DNA from: Phycisphaera mikurensis NBRC 102666 | GTDB taxonomy: Bacteria > Planctomycetota > Phycisphaerae > Phycisphaerales > Phycisphaeraceae | Reading direction: 5' to 3' | DNA: 32,000 bases | NCBI RefSeq assembly: GCF_000284115.1 | Contig: NC_017080.1 | Span: forward strand, 1,590,001-1,622,000 | Shown here: in pieces, positions 21,382 through 30,002 of the stretch | How positions within the stretch are numbered: position 1 is the first letter of the stretch | Layout: each line of letters begins with the position of its first letter | Made by a program: the position numbers and the translations under genes | Notes under the pieces: generated by a model | Database searches by the model: none | Told to the model about the DNA's origin: nothing | Seen by the model: the letters and a program-made list of their open reading frames with translations, nothing else

Positions 21382-22227
21382 TTAGCGGACCGGCCTCAAC
21401 GCGGCCGGCAGTCGATCCGCCAGATCGCGGGCCTTGAGCCCGGCGGGGCCGTGCCCGGCCGCCCAGGCGTCGGCGGCGGCGCCGTGCGCGTGCGCGGCCA
21501 GGCGGGCGGCTTCGAACGTCGCCATCCCCTGGGCGAGCAGGCCCGCGAGCAGGCCCGTGAGCACGTCGCCGGTCCCGGCGGTGGCGAGGGCGGGGTTGCC
21601 GGTGGTGTTGGTCGCCTCCCGCTCGCCGTCAGAGATCCGGGTTTCGCGGCCTTTGAGCACGACGGTGCAGCCGTGGGCGCGGGCGAGCTCCGCGGCGGCT
21701 GCACCGCGGCGGTCGGGGTGGATGGGGTCGGCGTCGAGCCCGAGTGCCCGGGCGAGGCGGCGGAACTCGCCGGGGTGGGGCGTGAGCACGCGGCGGCCGG
21801 GCCCGGCGCCGCGGCGGCCCGAGGCGGCGAGGGCGTTGAGGCCGTCGGCGTCGAGCACGAGCGGACGGGGGCCGTCGAGGAGGCCGTCGAGGGCGGGCAG
21901 GAGGCGGTCGCCATCGCCGAGGCCCGGCCCCACCGCCAGGACCGCCCCGCCGTCGGGATCGGCCGCGTCCAGCGCCGCGGGCCAGTGAGAAGCATCGGCG
22001 GGCAGCGGGACGCCCGTGGCCGAGGGCTCGATCCCCAACGCGTGCGGCAGGACCGCGGCGGGCACGGCGAGCTTCACGAGCCCGGCGCCGCCGCGGAGGG
22101 CGGCGCCGGCGGCCAGCGCCGGGGCCCCGATCATCGCCTCGCTCCCGCCGAGGACGATCACCGTGCCGAAGGTGCCCTTGTGCCCGTCGGCCGGCCGGTC
22201 CGGCGGGTCGGGGAGCGGCGGGCTCAC
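21382..22227 (-). CDS. nnrD: ADP/ATP-dependent NAD(P)H-hydrate dehydratase, stand-alone NnrD domain
   Basis: GHKGTFGTVIVLGGSEAMIGAPALAAGAALRGGAGLVKL...VLTPHPGEFRRLARALG...VVLKGRETRI...NTTGNPALATAGTGDVLTGLLAGLLAQG. Confidence 0.92.
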   Translation of the reverse strand: MSPPLPDPPDRPADGHKGTFGTVIVLGGSEAMIGAPALAAGAALRGGAGLVKLAVPAAVLPHALGIEPSATGVPLPADASHWPAALDAADPDGGAVLAVGPGLGDGDRLLPALDGLLDGPRPLVLDADGLNALAASGRRGAGPGRRVLTPHPGEFRRLARALGLDADPIHPDRRGAAAAELARAHGCTVVLKGRETRISDGEREATNTTGNPALATAGTGDVLTGLLAGLLAQGMATFEAARLAAHAHGAAADAWAAGHGPAGLKARDLADRLPAALRPVR

Positions 22228-22511
22228 GGCGCGAGAACTTCGAAGAGGCGGGGCGGCCGGGGGGAGGCCCAGGCGAACACGGGAGCGTCGGCGTCGGCCG
22301 CGGGGGGCTGGGCCCGCGACGCCGCCGCCTGCCGCGGCCGGAGCGGGTCGGCGGGCCGCGCCCCGTCCCGCGCCAGCGACCAGCTTGGCGCAATCAGATC
22401 CGGCGTCCAGCCGGCGGAGCCGGGCGCAGCGCACCCGCCCGCGAGGGCGCAGGCGGCGAGGGCGACGCCGGCGAGGGCGGGCGTTGCGGCGGGGCGTCGG
22501 GCGGCGTGCAT
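22224..22511 (-). CDS. Small predicted lipoprotein (95 aa), translationally coupled to nnrD
   Basis: MHAARRPAATPALAGVALAACALAGGCAAPGSAGW has an Arg-rich n-region and an LAGG|C lipobox. Its TGA overlaps the GTG of nnrD. Confidence 0.55.
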   Translation of the reverse strand: MHAARRPAATPALAGVALAACALAGGCAAPGSAGWTPDLIAPSWSLARDGARPADPLRPRQAAASRAQPPAADADAPVFAWASPRPPRLFEVLAP

Positions 22512-22746
22512 GGCGAGGCGGAAGCAAGCGGCGGGGCGGCGGACCGGTGCGAACCGGGGCGGGGGGCACGGCCGCGGGAAGGCGGCTTCGTCCATCGGCT
22601 TCTTGCGGCAATCGGCTTCCGAATCCGGCCCGGGCGAGCAGCCACGCGGCTCCGCCGACCGCCCGGCACGGGCCGCCGGCGTGCCGCAAGCCCGGGTCCC
22701 GAGGCCGCTTGCAATCGCTTGGCTCCGGCTCTGTTAGCGTCCGCGC

Positions 22747-24054
22747 ATGCACGACGCGGACGCTGAGCCGATCCGGGGCACGGCGGAGCCCATGGAAGCC
22801 CGGCTCGCCCGGCTCGAGCGGGCGCAGTCGGAGCTCGCCGCGCGGGTGGCCGCGCGGGATGCCGCCGCCTCGCTGCGGGCGGACGTCAGCCGACGCCGGC
22901 TCCGCAAGCGCGAGGCGGACCTGGAAGCCGCCGGCGGCGGCAGCTGGTCGTGGCGGCCGCAGACCGGCGACCCCCGCTTCAGCCCGGCCTGCCGCCGCGT
23001 GCTGGGCCCGGGGCGGCGTGGGCTCGCCGCGGGCCGCGGGCCCATCCTGGCGGATCCCGACGCCTCGCCGCCGCGGGTGCGCGACACCCGCGAGCTCTGC
23101 CTCGCCCGGCTCCATCCCCTCGACGTCGAGGCCTTCGAGACCGAGCTCAACGCCTTCCTCCTCGGCGGCGGCGACCGCTTCCACCGCTGCGTGCGGGTGC
23201 GCAACCACAACGGGCGCTGGATCCGCGTGATCGTCGCCGCGGGAGCGACCGCCGCGAGCAGCGACGGGCGGGTGAGCCGCGTCGCCGGGCTCATCCTGCT
23301 CTTGCCGGTCTCGCCTGAAGCCGCCCGCGGCAGCGGCGGCGCCGACGCCGATCGGGAGCCCGAAGCCCTCGCAGCGCTCTCCAGCCTCGCCGAGCACGAC
23401 CTCCGCTCGCCGCTGCGGACGATCATCGGCTTTTCCGAGCACCTCGACGGCCTGGTCGTGGGCGACTCCGACGCCGCCGACGCCGTCGCCCGCATCCGCC
23501 GGGCGGGCGCCCGGATGGCCACGCTGGTCGATCGGGTGGACGTGTTCGCGAGCCTGGCGCGGGGGCGGCGTCGCGACGGCGTGGTCGACCTGGCGGAGGT
23601 TGCCGCCGAGGCCGTGCTCCGCTTGGAGAACGAGGCGGAGGCCGCGGGGGCAGAGGTTCACGTCCACGAACTCCCGATCGTCTGCGGCGACCGCGTGATG
23701 CTCCTCCACGTCTTCGAGCAGCTCATCGACAACGCCATCCGCCACGGCAAGCACGAGCCCGCGGTGGTCAACATCGACGCCGAGTCCGCGGGCGAGAGCG
23801 TCCGGATCCACGTCACCGACAGCGGCGCCGGCTTCGACCCCGCGATGGCGGAGGCGATGTTCGAGCCCTTCGTGAGCCTCCGCGCGCGGGAGGGCGTCGG
23901 GCCCGGGGGCGGCCTGGGCCTGTCGATCGCCCGCCGCGCGGTCGAACGCCACGGCGGGACGATCGTTGCCGAGCCCGCCCCGGCGGGCACCGGCAGCCGC
24001 TTCGTGATCACGCTGCCGATCCGACCCGCCGCGGCGGCCGCCGACGCGGGCTGA
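22747..24054 (+). CDS. Sensor histidine kinase (PAS-like input, HisKA, HATPase_c)
   Basis: H-box LAEHDLRSPLRTIIGFSEHL, N-box FEQLIDNAIRHG, G1/G2 VTDSGAGFDPAMAEAMFEPF...GVGPGGGLGLSIARRAVERHGG. Confidence 0.9.
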   Translation: MHDADAEPIRGTAEPMEARLARLERAQSELAARVAARDAAASLRADVSRRRLRKREADLEAAGGGSWSWRPQTGDPRFSPACRRVLGPGRRGLAAGRGPILADPDASPPRVRDTRELCLARLHPLDVEAFETELNAFLLGGGDRFHRCVRVRNHNGRWIRVIVAAGATAASSDGRVSRVAGLILLLPVSPEAARGSGGADADREPEALAALSSLAEHDLRSPLRTIIGFSEHLDGLVVGDSDAADAVARIRRAGARMATLVDRVDVFASLARGRRRDGVVDLAEVAAEAVLRLENEAEAAGAEVHVHELPIVCGDRVMLLHVFEQLIDNAIRHGKHEPAVVNIDAESAGESVRIHVTDSGAGFDPAMAEAMFEPFVSLRAREGVGPGGGLGLSIARRAVERHGGTIVAEPAPAGTGSRFVITLPIRPAAAAADAG

Positions 24055-24123
24055 CGCGGGCCGACGCACATCCCGGAGCGGCCGCGAGCGACCCGCCGCC
24101 GGGCCGCGCTATGCTCGCCGCCG

Positions 24124-25092
24124 ATGCACATCGCCGATCTCCTTGACCGCGGCCGGCCGAGCTTCTCCTTCGAGTTCTTCCCGCCGAAGACCGCCGAGGC
24201 GAGCGACGAACTCTTCGCCACCATCCTCGAGCTCCGCGAGCTCGGACCCGACTTCGTCGACGTGACCTACGGCGCCGGCGGCTCGACCCGCGACCTCACC
24301 GCCGAGCTGGTCGCCCGCATCCGCCGCGAGGCGGAGCTGGAGACGATCCCGCACCTCACCTGCGTGTGCCACAGCCGCGAGGATCTCGAGGCCATCCTGG
24401 AGGGCTGGGCCGCGGACGGCGTGAGCAACGTGCTGGCCCTCGGCGGCGACCTCCCGCGCGACAAGCCCGACTGGGACCGGAGCCGAGACGCCTGCCGCCA
24501 CGCCGCCGACCTGGTGGCGCTCATCAAGCAAATCGGCGAGAGCGGCCACGCGGAAGCCCGCGGCTTCGGCGTCGGCGTCGCCGGCTTCCCCGAGGGCCAC
24601 CCCGGCACGCCCAACCGCATGGAGGAGATGGACCACCTCAAGGCCAAGGTCGACGCCGGCGCCGACTACATCTGCACGCAGATGTTTTTCGACAACCACG
24701 ACTTCTACGACTTCCGCGAGCGCTGCGAGCTCGCAGGCGTGGGTGTCCCGATCGTCGCCGGCATCATGCCCATCACCTCGGCCAAAGGGATGCGCCGCAT
24801 GGCCGAGCTCGCCGCGGGCAGCCGCTACCCCGCCTCTCTGCTCAAGAGCGTGAAGCGGGCCGTCGACGCCGCGTCGCCCGCGGGCGAGCGGGCCGTCGAC
24901 GACGCCGTGAGCGACATCGGCGTCCACTGGGCGACCGAGCAGTCGCGCGACCTGCTCGACCACGGCGTCGCCGGCCTCCACTACTACACGCTCAACCGCA
25001 GCGACGCGACGCGGAAGGTCTACAAGTCGCTGGGCATCACGCCCCGGCTGGCCGGAGCCGAGGCGGCGCGGGAGGCGGCCCCGTCCAGCTGA
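24124..25092 (+). CDS. metF: Methylenetetrahydrofolate reductase [NAD(P)H]
   Basis: [31 protein letters not shown]...[12 protein letters not shown]...[38 protein letters not shown]...[18 protein letters not shown]...[10 protein letters not shown]. Confidence 0.95.
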   Translation: MHIADLLDRGRPSFSFEFFPPKTAEASDELFATILELRELGPDFVDVTYGAGGSTRDLTAELVARIRREAELETIPHLTCVCHSREDLEAILEGWAADGVSNVLALGGDLPRDKPDWDRSRDACRHAADLVALIKQIGESGHAEARGFGVGVAGFPEGHPGTPNRMEEMDHLKAKVDAGADYICTQMFFDNHDFYDFRERCELAGVGVPIVAGIMPITSAKGMRRMAELAAGSRYPASLLKSVKRAVDAASPAGERAVDDAVSDIGVHWATEQSRDLLDHGVAGLHYYTLNRSDATRKVYKSLGITPRLAGAEAAREAAPSS

Positions 25093-25112
25093 GGCGGAGC
25101 GCACGCTCCGCC
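25093..25112. terminator. Strong hairpin GGCGGAGCG-CA-CGCTCCGCC directly after metF
   Basis: 9-nt perfect inverted arms immediately after the metF stop codon (25090-25092), with no clear T-tract. Confidence 0.45.
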
Positions 25113-25152
25113 GACGGCCTCGGGCGGCTTCGGGCTCCCGCGGCGGACCCGA

Positions 25153-25169
25153 CGCTCTTTCGAAGAGCG
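25153..25169. terminator. Second hairpin CGCTCTT-TCG-AAGAGCG between convergent genes
   Basis: 7-bp perfect stem with TCG loop, just downstream of the minus-strand gene ending at 25184 and of metF. Confidence 0.4.
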
Positions 25170-25183
25170 GTCGCGCCCCTCCG

Positions 25184-26158
25184 TCAGGCCGGCCCGACGA
25201 TCAGCAGGATCTGCGGTTCCCCGCGCGGGTGGGCCCGGCCGGTGAAGAGCGCCCGGCCCAGGTGGGCCGGCAGCGGCGCCGGAGCCTCCAGGACGCGGGT
25301 CGGGGGGAGCACGCCCCCGCCGGCGGGAGCCTCCGCGGGGGCCTCCGCTCCGGCCTCGGCTCGCCGCGGGTCGGCCGTCGCCAGCCCCGTCGCCTCGCGT
25401 GCGAGCCCGATCACGGCGTAGCCGCCGGCCGGAACCCCGACGCGGAGCGACAGCGTGTCGAAGCGGCGGCCCTGGCGTTCCTTCTCCTGTGCCGTTCGTG
25501 CTTCGAGGCTCGCCGTCGGCTTCTGGTGCAGCGGCGTGAGGCGCAAGCCCAGCGACCGCCCGGCGGGCAGCAGCTCCATCAGCAGCGCGGCGCGGCCGCC
25601 GAGCATCTGCGCCCGGCGGGGCGCCCACGGCGGCACCGTCAGGTCCACCGCCACCGGCAGCACCAGCGGCGGGGACCGCCGGATCAGCACCGGCCCGTCG
25701 GGCCGCTCGATGCGAAACGCCCGGTCCGACCACGCCGCCGGCAGCGCCGCGAGGAAGGGTTCCAGGCGATCGGGGGGCAGCACACCGACGCGCAGCCCGT
25801 TCGCCCGCCAGACGCCGCGTGCCAGCGGCGGCGCCGCGTCCTCGTCCACCAGCGCCCACGCCGGCTCGAGCGAGACGTCCAGCGGCAGCAACGCCCGCGT
25901 CAGCCGCACCGACACCGCCGGTGCGCCGGCCCCCGGCTGCGGCGGGAGCGCCAGCGGCTCCGCCGGCGCGAGCTCGCCGAAGGTGGGGAAGGCGGCGGAG
26001 GAGCCGGCCGGCGCCGGCGCGACGCACCCGCCCGCGAGCAGGCAAGCGGCCGCGGCGGCCGCGAGCCGCCGCCGGACGCCCGCCGGTGGAGACCGGTGCC
26101 ACCCGGGCGGACGCCGCCGCGCGGCCGGCCCGCAACGCCTGTTCCTTCGATTTGCCAC
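25184..26158 (-). CDS. Predicted lipoprotein of unknown function
   Basis: [37 protein letters not shown] has a lipobox LAGG|C. GTG at 26158 chosen as start; ends QILLIVGPA. Confidence 0.6.
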   Translation of the reverse strand: MANRRNRRCGPAARRRPPGWHRSPPAGVRRRLAAAAAACLLAGGCVAPAPAGSSAAFPTFGELAPAEPLALPPQPGAGAPAVSVRLTRALLPLDVSLEPAWALVDEDAAPPLARGVWRANGLRVGVLPPDRLEPFLAALPAAWSDRAFRIERPDGPVLIRRSPPLVLPVAVDLTVPPWAPRRAQMLGGRAALLMELLPAGRSLGLRLTPLHQKPTASLEARTAQEKERQGRRFDTLSLRVGVPAGGYAVIGLAREATGLATADPRRAEAGAEAPAEAPAGGGVLPPTRVLEAPAPLPAHLGRALFTGRAHPRGEPQILLIVGPA

Positions 26159-26174
26159 AGCCGGCAGGCTACCG

Positions 26175-26220
26175 CCGCGGACCGCGGCCCGATCCCGCCG
26201 AAACGCCCGACGGTCCGCGG
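26175..26220. repeat. Bipartite element copy C: CCGCGGACCG-N26-CGGTCCGCGG (intergenic, upstream of the lipoprotein gene)
   Basis: Exact arms at 26175-26184 and 26211-26220; pairing extendable to 11 bp. Confidence 0.9.
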
Positions 26221-26353
26221 CCCTCGGCGTCGCGGCGGGGTCCCGACGCGCACGCCCAAGCCCTTCGGCCGCGGCCGGGAGAGCGTCGTCCGCACCGGTC
26301 GCGTTGGGTCGCCGCACCCGGCTTCGGGAAACCGGGCACGGGCCCGAGCGGCC

Positions 26354-26923
26354 TTAGTTCACGTACTCCTTGAGGTTCTTGAGTGCCCGGACCTTCACCG
26401 CCTTCGAAGCGGGCTTGGCCTTGATCATGATGTCCTCGCCCGTGAAGGGGTTGCGGCCGGGCCGCGCCTTGGTGGCGGGCTTCTTCACGACGGTCAGCTT
26501 CGCGAGGCTGAGGAGGTTGAACTCGCCGTGCTTCTTGAGCGAGGCGGCCATCTCGGCCTCAAGCTGGTCGAGCACGTCGACGACCTGCTTGCGGGAGAGG
26601 TCGCACTTGTCGGCGAGCGTGCGGTACAGCTCCGCCTTCGTCGGCGGCTTCGTCCCGGCGCTGCCCTTGCGGGGGCCCGACGAGGCGGTCTTGCTGGCCG
26701 CGGCCTTCTTCGCGGTCTTCTTGGCCGGCGACTTCTTCGCCGGGGCTTTCTTTGCGGGCGCCTTCTTCGCCGCGCTCTTCTTCGCCGGAGCCTTCTTCGC
26801 CGCGGCCTTCTTGGCGGGGGCCTTCTTGGCAGGCGCCTTCTTCGCGGGCGCCTTCTTGGCCGGGCTCTTCTTGGCGGGCGCCTTCTTGGCGGGGCTCTTC
26901 TTGGCGGGGGTCTTCTTGGCCAT
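26354..26923 (-). CDS. HU-family DNA-binding protein with N-terminal histone-H1-like Lys/Ala/Pro repeat tail
   Basis: [30 protein letters not shown]..., then the HU-type domain [95 protein letters not shown]. Confidence 0.93.
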   Translation of the reverse strand: MAKKTPAKKSPAKKAPAKKSPAKKAPAKKAPAKKAPAKKAAAKKAPAKKSAAKKAPAKKAPAKKSPAKKTAKKAAASKTASSGPRKGSAGTKPPTKAELYRTLADKCDLSRKQVVDVLDQLEAEMAASLKKHGEFNLLSLAKLTVVKKPATKARPGRNPFTGEDIMIKAKPASKAVKVRALKNLKEYVN

Positions 26924-27297
26924 GGGGGTCTTCAGCTCACGGAGAGGGAAAAGGATTGGGGCACCCGGCGGGTCCCCGGTTGATCGTTGTATCGGTTGAA
27001 GAGAGCGCCAACGTCTTCGAATGAAGCGTTTTCGGCAGAAACGGTGCGCGAACCGTCGGGCTCGGGTGGGATTGGGAGGGCCACCCCGGCGATCCGAGGA
27101 TCGCGGACGCGGCGGGATTCGCAGGGGAAACGACAGATGATGTGCGGAGCGTCGTGTTTTCCGCGGCGAACGTCAAATCGCGGAGCGCCGCACCGGTCCG
27201 CTCCGCGTGCGGCCGGCGCGGCCAACGCGTTCGATGCGGTTGACGCGGGCGACGCTTTACCCTCCGCCCGCCCGCCGCCTCCGAAGCGAGACCCGCC

Positions 27298-29016
27298 ATG
27301 CCCCACGAGATCTCCCGCACCGCTTACGCCGAGATGTTCGGCCCCACCACCGGCGATCTCGTCCGCCTCGGGGACACGCGGCTGCTCGCCCGCGTCGAGG
27401 CCGACTTCACCGTCTACGGCGACGAGTGCAAGTTCGGCGGTGGGAAAGTCCTGCGCGAGGGCATGGGGCAACGCGCCGGCGGCGATCCGGCGGACGCGCT
27501 GGATTACGTCATCACCAACGCGCTGGTCATCGACTGGACGGGCATCTACAAGGCCGACGTCGGGCTCAAAGGAGGCCGCATCGCCGGGATCGGCAAGGCC
27601 GGCAACCCCGACGTGATGGCCGGCGTCGACGATCGCCTCGTCATGGGCGTCACCACCGAGGTCATCGCCGGCGAGGGCCACGTGCTCACCGCCGGCGGCC
27701 TCGACACGCACGTCCACTTCATCTGCCCGCAGATCGTCGACGAAGCGATCGCCTCGGGCGTGACGACGCTCATCGGCGGCGGCACCGGCCCGGCCACCGG
27801 CACCTGCGCGACGACCTGCACGCCGGGCGCCGCCCACGTGGAGATGATGCTCCGGGCGACCGACGGCCTGCCGATCAACTTCGGCTTCCTCGGCAAGGGG
27901 AACACCAGCGACCCCGAGGGCCTCGCCGAGGTCGCCGCCGCCGGCGCCCTGGGCTTCAAGCTCCACGAAGACTGGGGCACCACGCCCGCCGCGATCGACT
28001 GCTGCCTGGGCGTCGCCGAAGACCTCGACGTGCAGGTGTGCATCCACACCGACACGCTCAACGAGAGCGGCTTCGTGGAGGCGAGCGTCGCCGCTTTCAA
28101 GGGCCGCACGATCCACACCTACCACACCGAGGGCGCCGGCGGCGGCCACGCCCCGGACATCATCAAAGTGTGCGGCGAGCCCAACGTGATCCCCTCGTCG
28201 ACCAACCCGACGCGGCCGTACACGGTGAACACGATCGACGAGCACCTGGACATGCTCATGGTCTGCCACCACCTCGATGCGAACCTCCCCGAGGACGTCG
28301 CCTTCGCCGAGTCACGCATCCGCGGCGAAACCATCATGGCCGAGGACGTGCTCCACGACCTGGGCGCCTTCTCGATCATGGGCTCCGACGCCCAGGCGAT
28401 GGGCCGCGTGGGCGAGGTGGTGACCCGCACCTGGCAGACCGCCTCGAAGATGCGCGACCAGCGCGGCGTGCTCGGCGGAGACCGCGAGGGCCGCGGCGAC
28501 AACGAGCGGATCAAGCGGTACGTCGCGAAGTACACCATCAACCCGGCGATCGCCCACGGCATCGGCCACGTCGTCGGCAGCGTGGAGGTGGGAAAGCTCG
28601 CCGACCTGGTCCTGTGGAAGCCCGCCTTCTTCGGCGTGAAGCCCGAGCTGGTGATCAAGGGCGGCCACATCGCCAGCGCCCAGATGGGCGACCCCAACGC
28701 CAGCATCCCCACGCCGCAGCCGGTGCACACGCGCCCGATGTTCGCCGCGATGGGCAAAGCGGTCGCCGGCACCTCGCTGGCCTTCGTCAGCCAGTCGGCG
28801 GTCGACGCCGGCGCCGCGGACCGCTGCGGTTTGGCGAAGAAAACCGAGGCGGTCCGCGGCTGCCGCAGCATCGGCAAGGCGGACATGAAGCTCAACGACG
28901 CGCTCCCGGTGATCGAGGTCGACCCCGAGACCTACCGGGTCGTCGCCGACGGCGTCGAGCTGCGGTGCGAGCCCGCGGAGACGCTGCCGCTGGCCCAGAA
29001 GTACTTCCTCTTCTGA
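27298..29016 (+). CDS. ureC: Urease subunit alpha
   Basis: [58 protein letters not shown]; metal and active-site contexts [58 protein letters not shown] and [12 protein letters not shown] are intact. Confidence 0.96.
   Translation: MPHEISRTAYAEMFGPTTGDLVRLGDTRLLARVEADFTVYGDECKFGGGKVLREGMGQRAGGDPADALDYVITNALVIDWTGIYKADVGLKGGRIAGIGKAGNPDVMAGVDDRLVMGVTTEVIAGEGHVLTAGGLDTHVHFICPQIVDEAIASGVTTLIGGGTGPATGTCATTCTPGAAHVEMMLRATDGLPINFGFLGKGNTSDPEGLAEVAAAGALGFKLHEDWGTTPAAIDCCLGVAEDLDVQVCIHTDTLNESGFVEASVAAFKGRTIHTYHTEGAGGGHAPDIIKVCGEPNVIPSSTNPTRPYTVNTIDEHLDMLMVCHHLDANLPEDVAFAESRIRGETIMAEDVLHDLGAFSIMGSDAQAMGRVGEVVTRTWQTASKMRDQRGVLGGDREGRGDNERIKRYVAKYTINPAIAHGIGHVVGSVEVGKLADLVLWKPAFFGVKPELVIKGGHIASAQMGDPNASIPTPQPVHTRPMFAAMGKAVAGTSLAFVSQSAVDAGAADRCGLAKKTEAVRGCRSIGKADMKLNDALPVIEVDPETYRVVADGVELRCEPAETLPLAQKYFLF
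28814..28859. repeat. Bipartite element copy E: CCGCGGACCG-N26-CGGTCCGCGG (inside ureC)
   Basis: Exact arms at 28814-28823 and 28850-28859; pairing extendable to 11 bp. Confidence 0.88.
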
Positions 29017-29118
29017 CCGGTTCCGCCGGGATCCGGAGCGGCCGGGCGTGGCGCGAGGCCGGGGGCCGCCCGGACGTAGGCTCGGCGGCACCCCTTCCTG
29101 GATCCCGGAGTCTCGCCC

Positions 29119-29907
29119 ATGCCACGATTGCTGCTCGCGTTCCTGTGCCTCCCGCTCGGCTTCGCGGTTTCGGCGGCCTCGGCGGAGCCCGCCGCCGCGG
29201 AGGCCTTCGTCGACCGGATCGAGGCGGCCCACGGCGTGGCCGCCTACCGGACGCACGCGGCGGTCGCCGCGGACTTCGAGATCGCGTACCCGGGCATGTT
29301 CGCGATGGCGGGTTCCATCGTGTTCGACACGCCGGTGGGCAGGAGCCGCATGGAGCTCGACGACGGCAGCGTTTGGGTCTTCGACGGGCGGACGGCCTGG
29401 GTCGCCGAGGGCAGCCCGACGACGCAGCGGGCCCGCTTCCACCTGCTGACGTGGCCGTACTTCTTCGCGGCGGCGACGAAGCTGCGGGACCCCGGCTCGC
29501 AACTCTCGGGCCCGGAGATGCTGGCGGTGAAGGACCCCGACGACGTCCGGCCCGCGGTCAAGCTGACCTTCGACGCCGGCGTCGGCGACTCGCCCGAGGA
29601 CTGGTACCACGCGTTCGCAGACGAGCAAGGCCGCCTCGACGCGCTCGGCTACATCGTCACCTACGGCAAGGGCCGGGCCGCCGCCGAGGAATCGCCCAGC
29701 ATCTGCATCTACGACGCCTTCGAGGAGATCGACGGCGTGACCGTGCCGGTCGCCTGGACCACCTGGCCCTGGCGGCCGACCGAGGGCATCGTCGGCGAGA
29801 CCCACAAGGGCAAGACCCGTTTCACGAACGTCCGCTTCGTCGAGCCCGAGCCGGGCACCTTCACGAAGCCCGACGGCGCGACCGAGCAAGCCGCCCCCGG
29901 CGGCTGA
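29119..29907 (+). CDS. Secreted/periplasmic protein of unknown function
   Basis: N-terminal signal peptide MPRLLLAFLCLPLGFAVSAASAEPA; soluble body VAADFEIAYPGMFAMAGSIVFDTPVGRSRMELDDGSVWVFDGRTAWVAEG. No firm family assignment. Confidence 0.6.
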   Translation: MPRLLLAFLCLPLGFAVSAASAEPAAAEAFVDRIEAAHGVAAYRTHAAVAADFEIAYPGMFAMAGSIVFDTPVGRSRMELDDGSVWVFDGRTAWVAEGSPTTQRARFHLLTWPYFFAAATKLRDPGSQLSGPEMLAVKDPDDVRPAVKLTFDAGVGDSPEDWYHAFADEQGRLDALGYIVTYGKGRAAAEESPSICIYDAFEEIDGVTVPVAWTTWPWRPTEGIVGETHKGKTRFTNVRFVEPEPGTFTKPDGATEQAAPGG

Positions 29908-30002
29908 TGCGGCCGCTCGGCGCAGCCCGTGCGTCGAGGGTCCGGGAACCCGCGGCGGCACGACCCGCCCGCAGGGGCCGTCGGGAAGCCGCACACGGTG
30001 CT

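Noticed and set aside
26680-26923. Short DNA repeats at the 5' end of the HU gene as an independent repeat element
   Set aside because: They are fully explained by the PAKK-repeat codons of the protein tail.
26932-27297. Possible hidden ureA/ureB genes upstream of ureC
   Set aside because: Six-frame translations here show no urease beta or gamma motifs, and the listed ORFs are low-complexity or cross into ureC.
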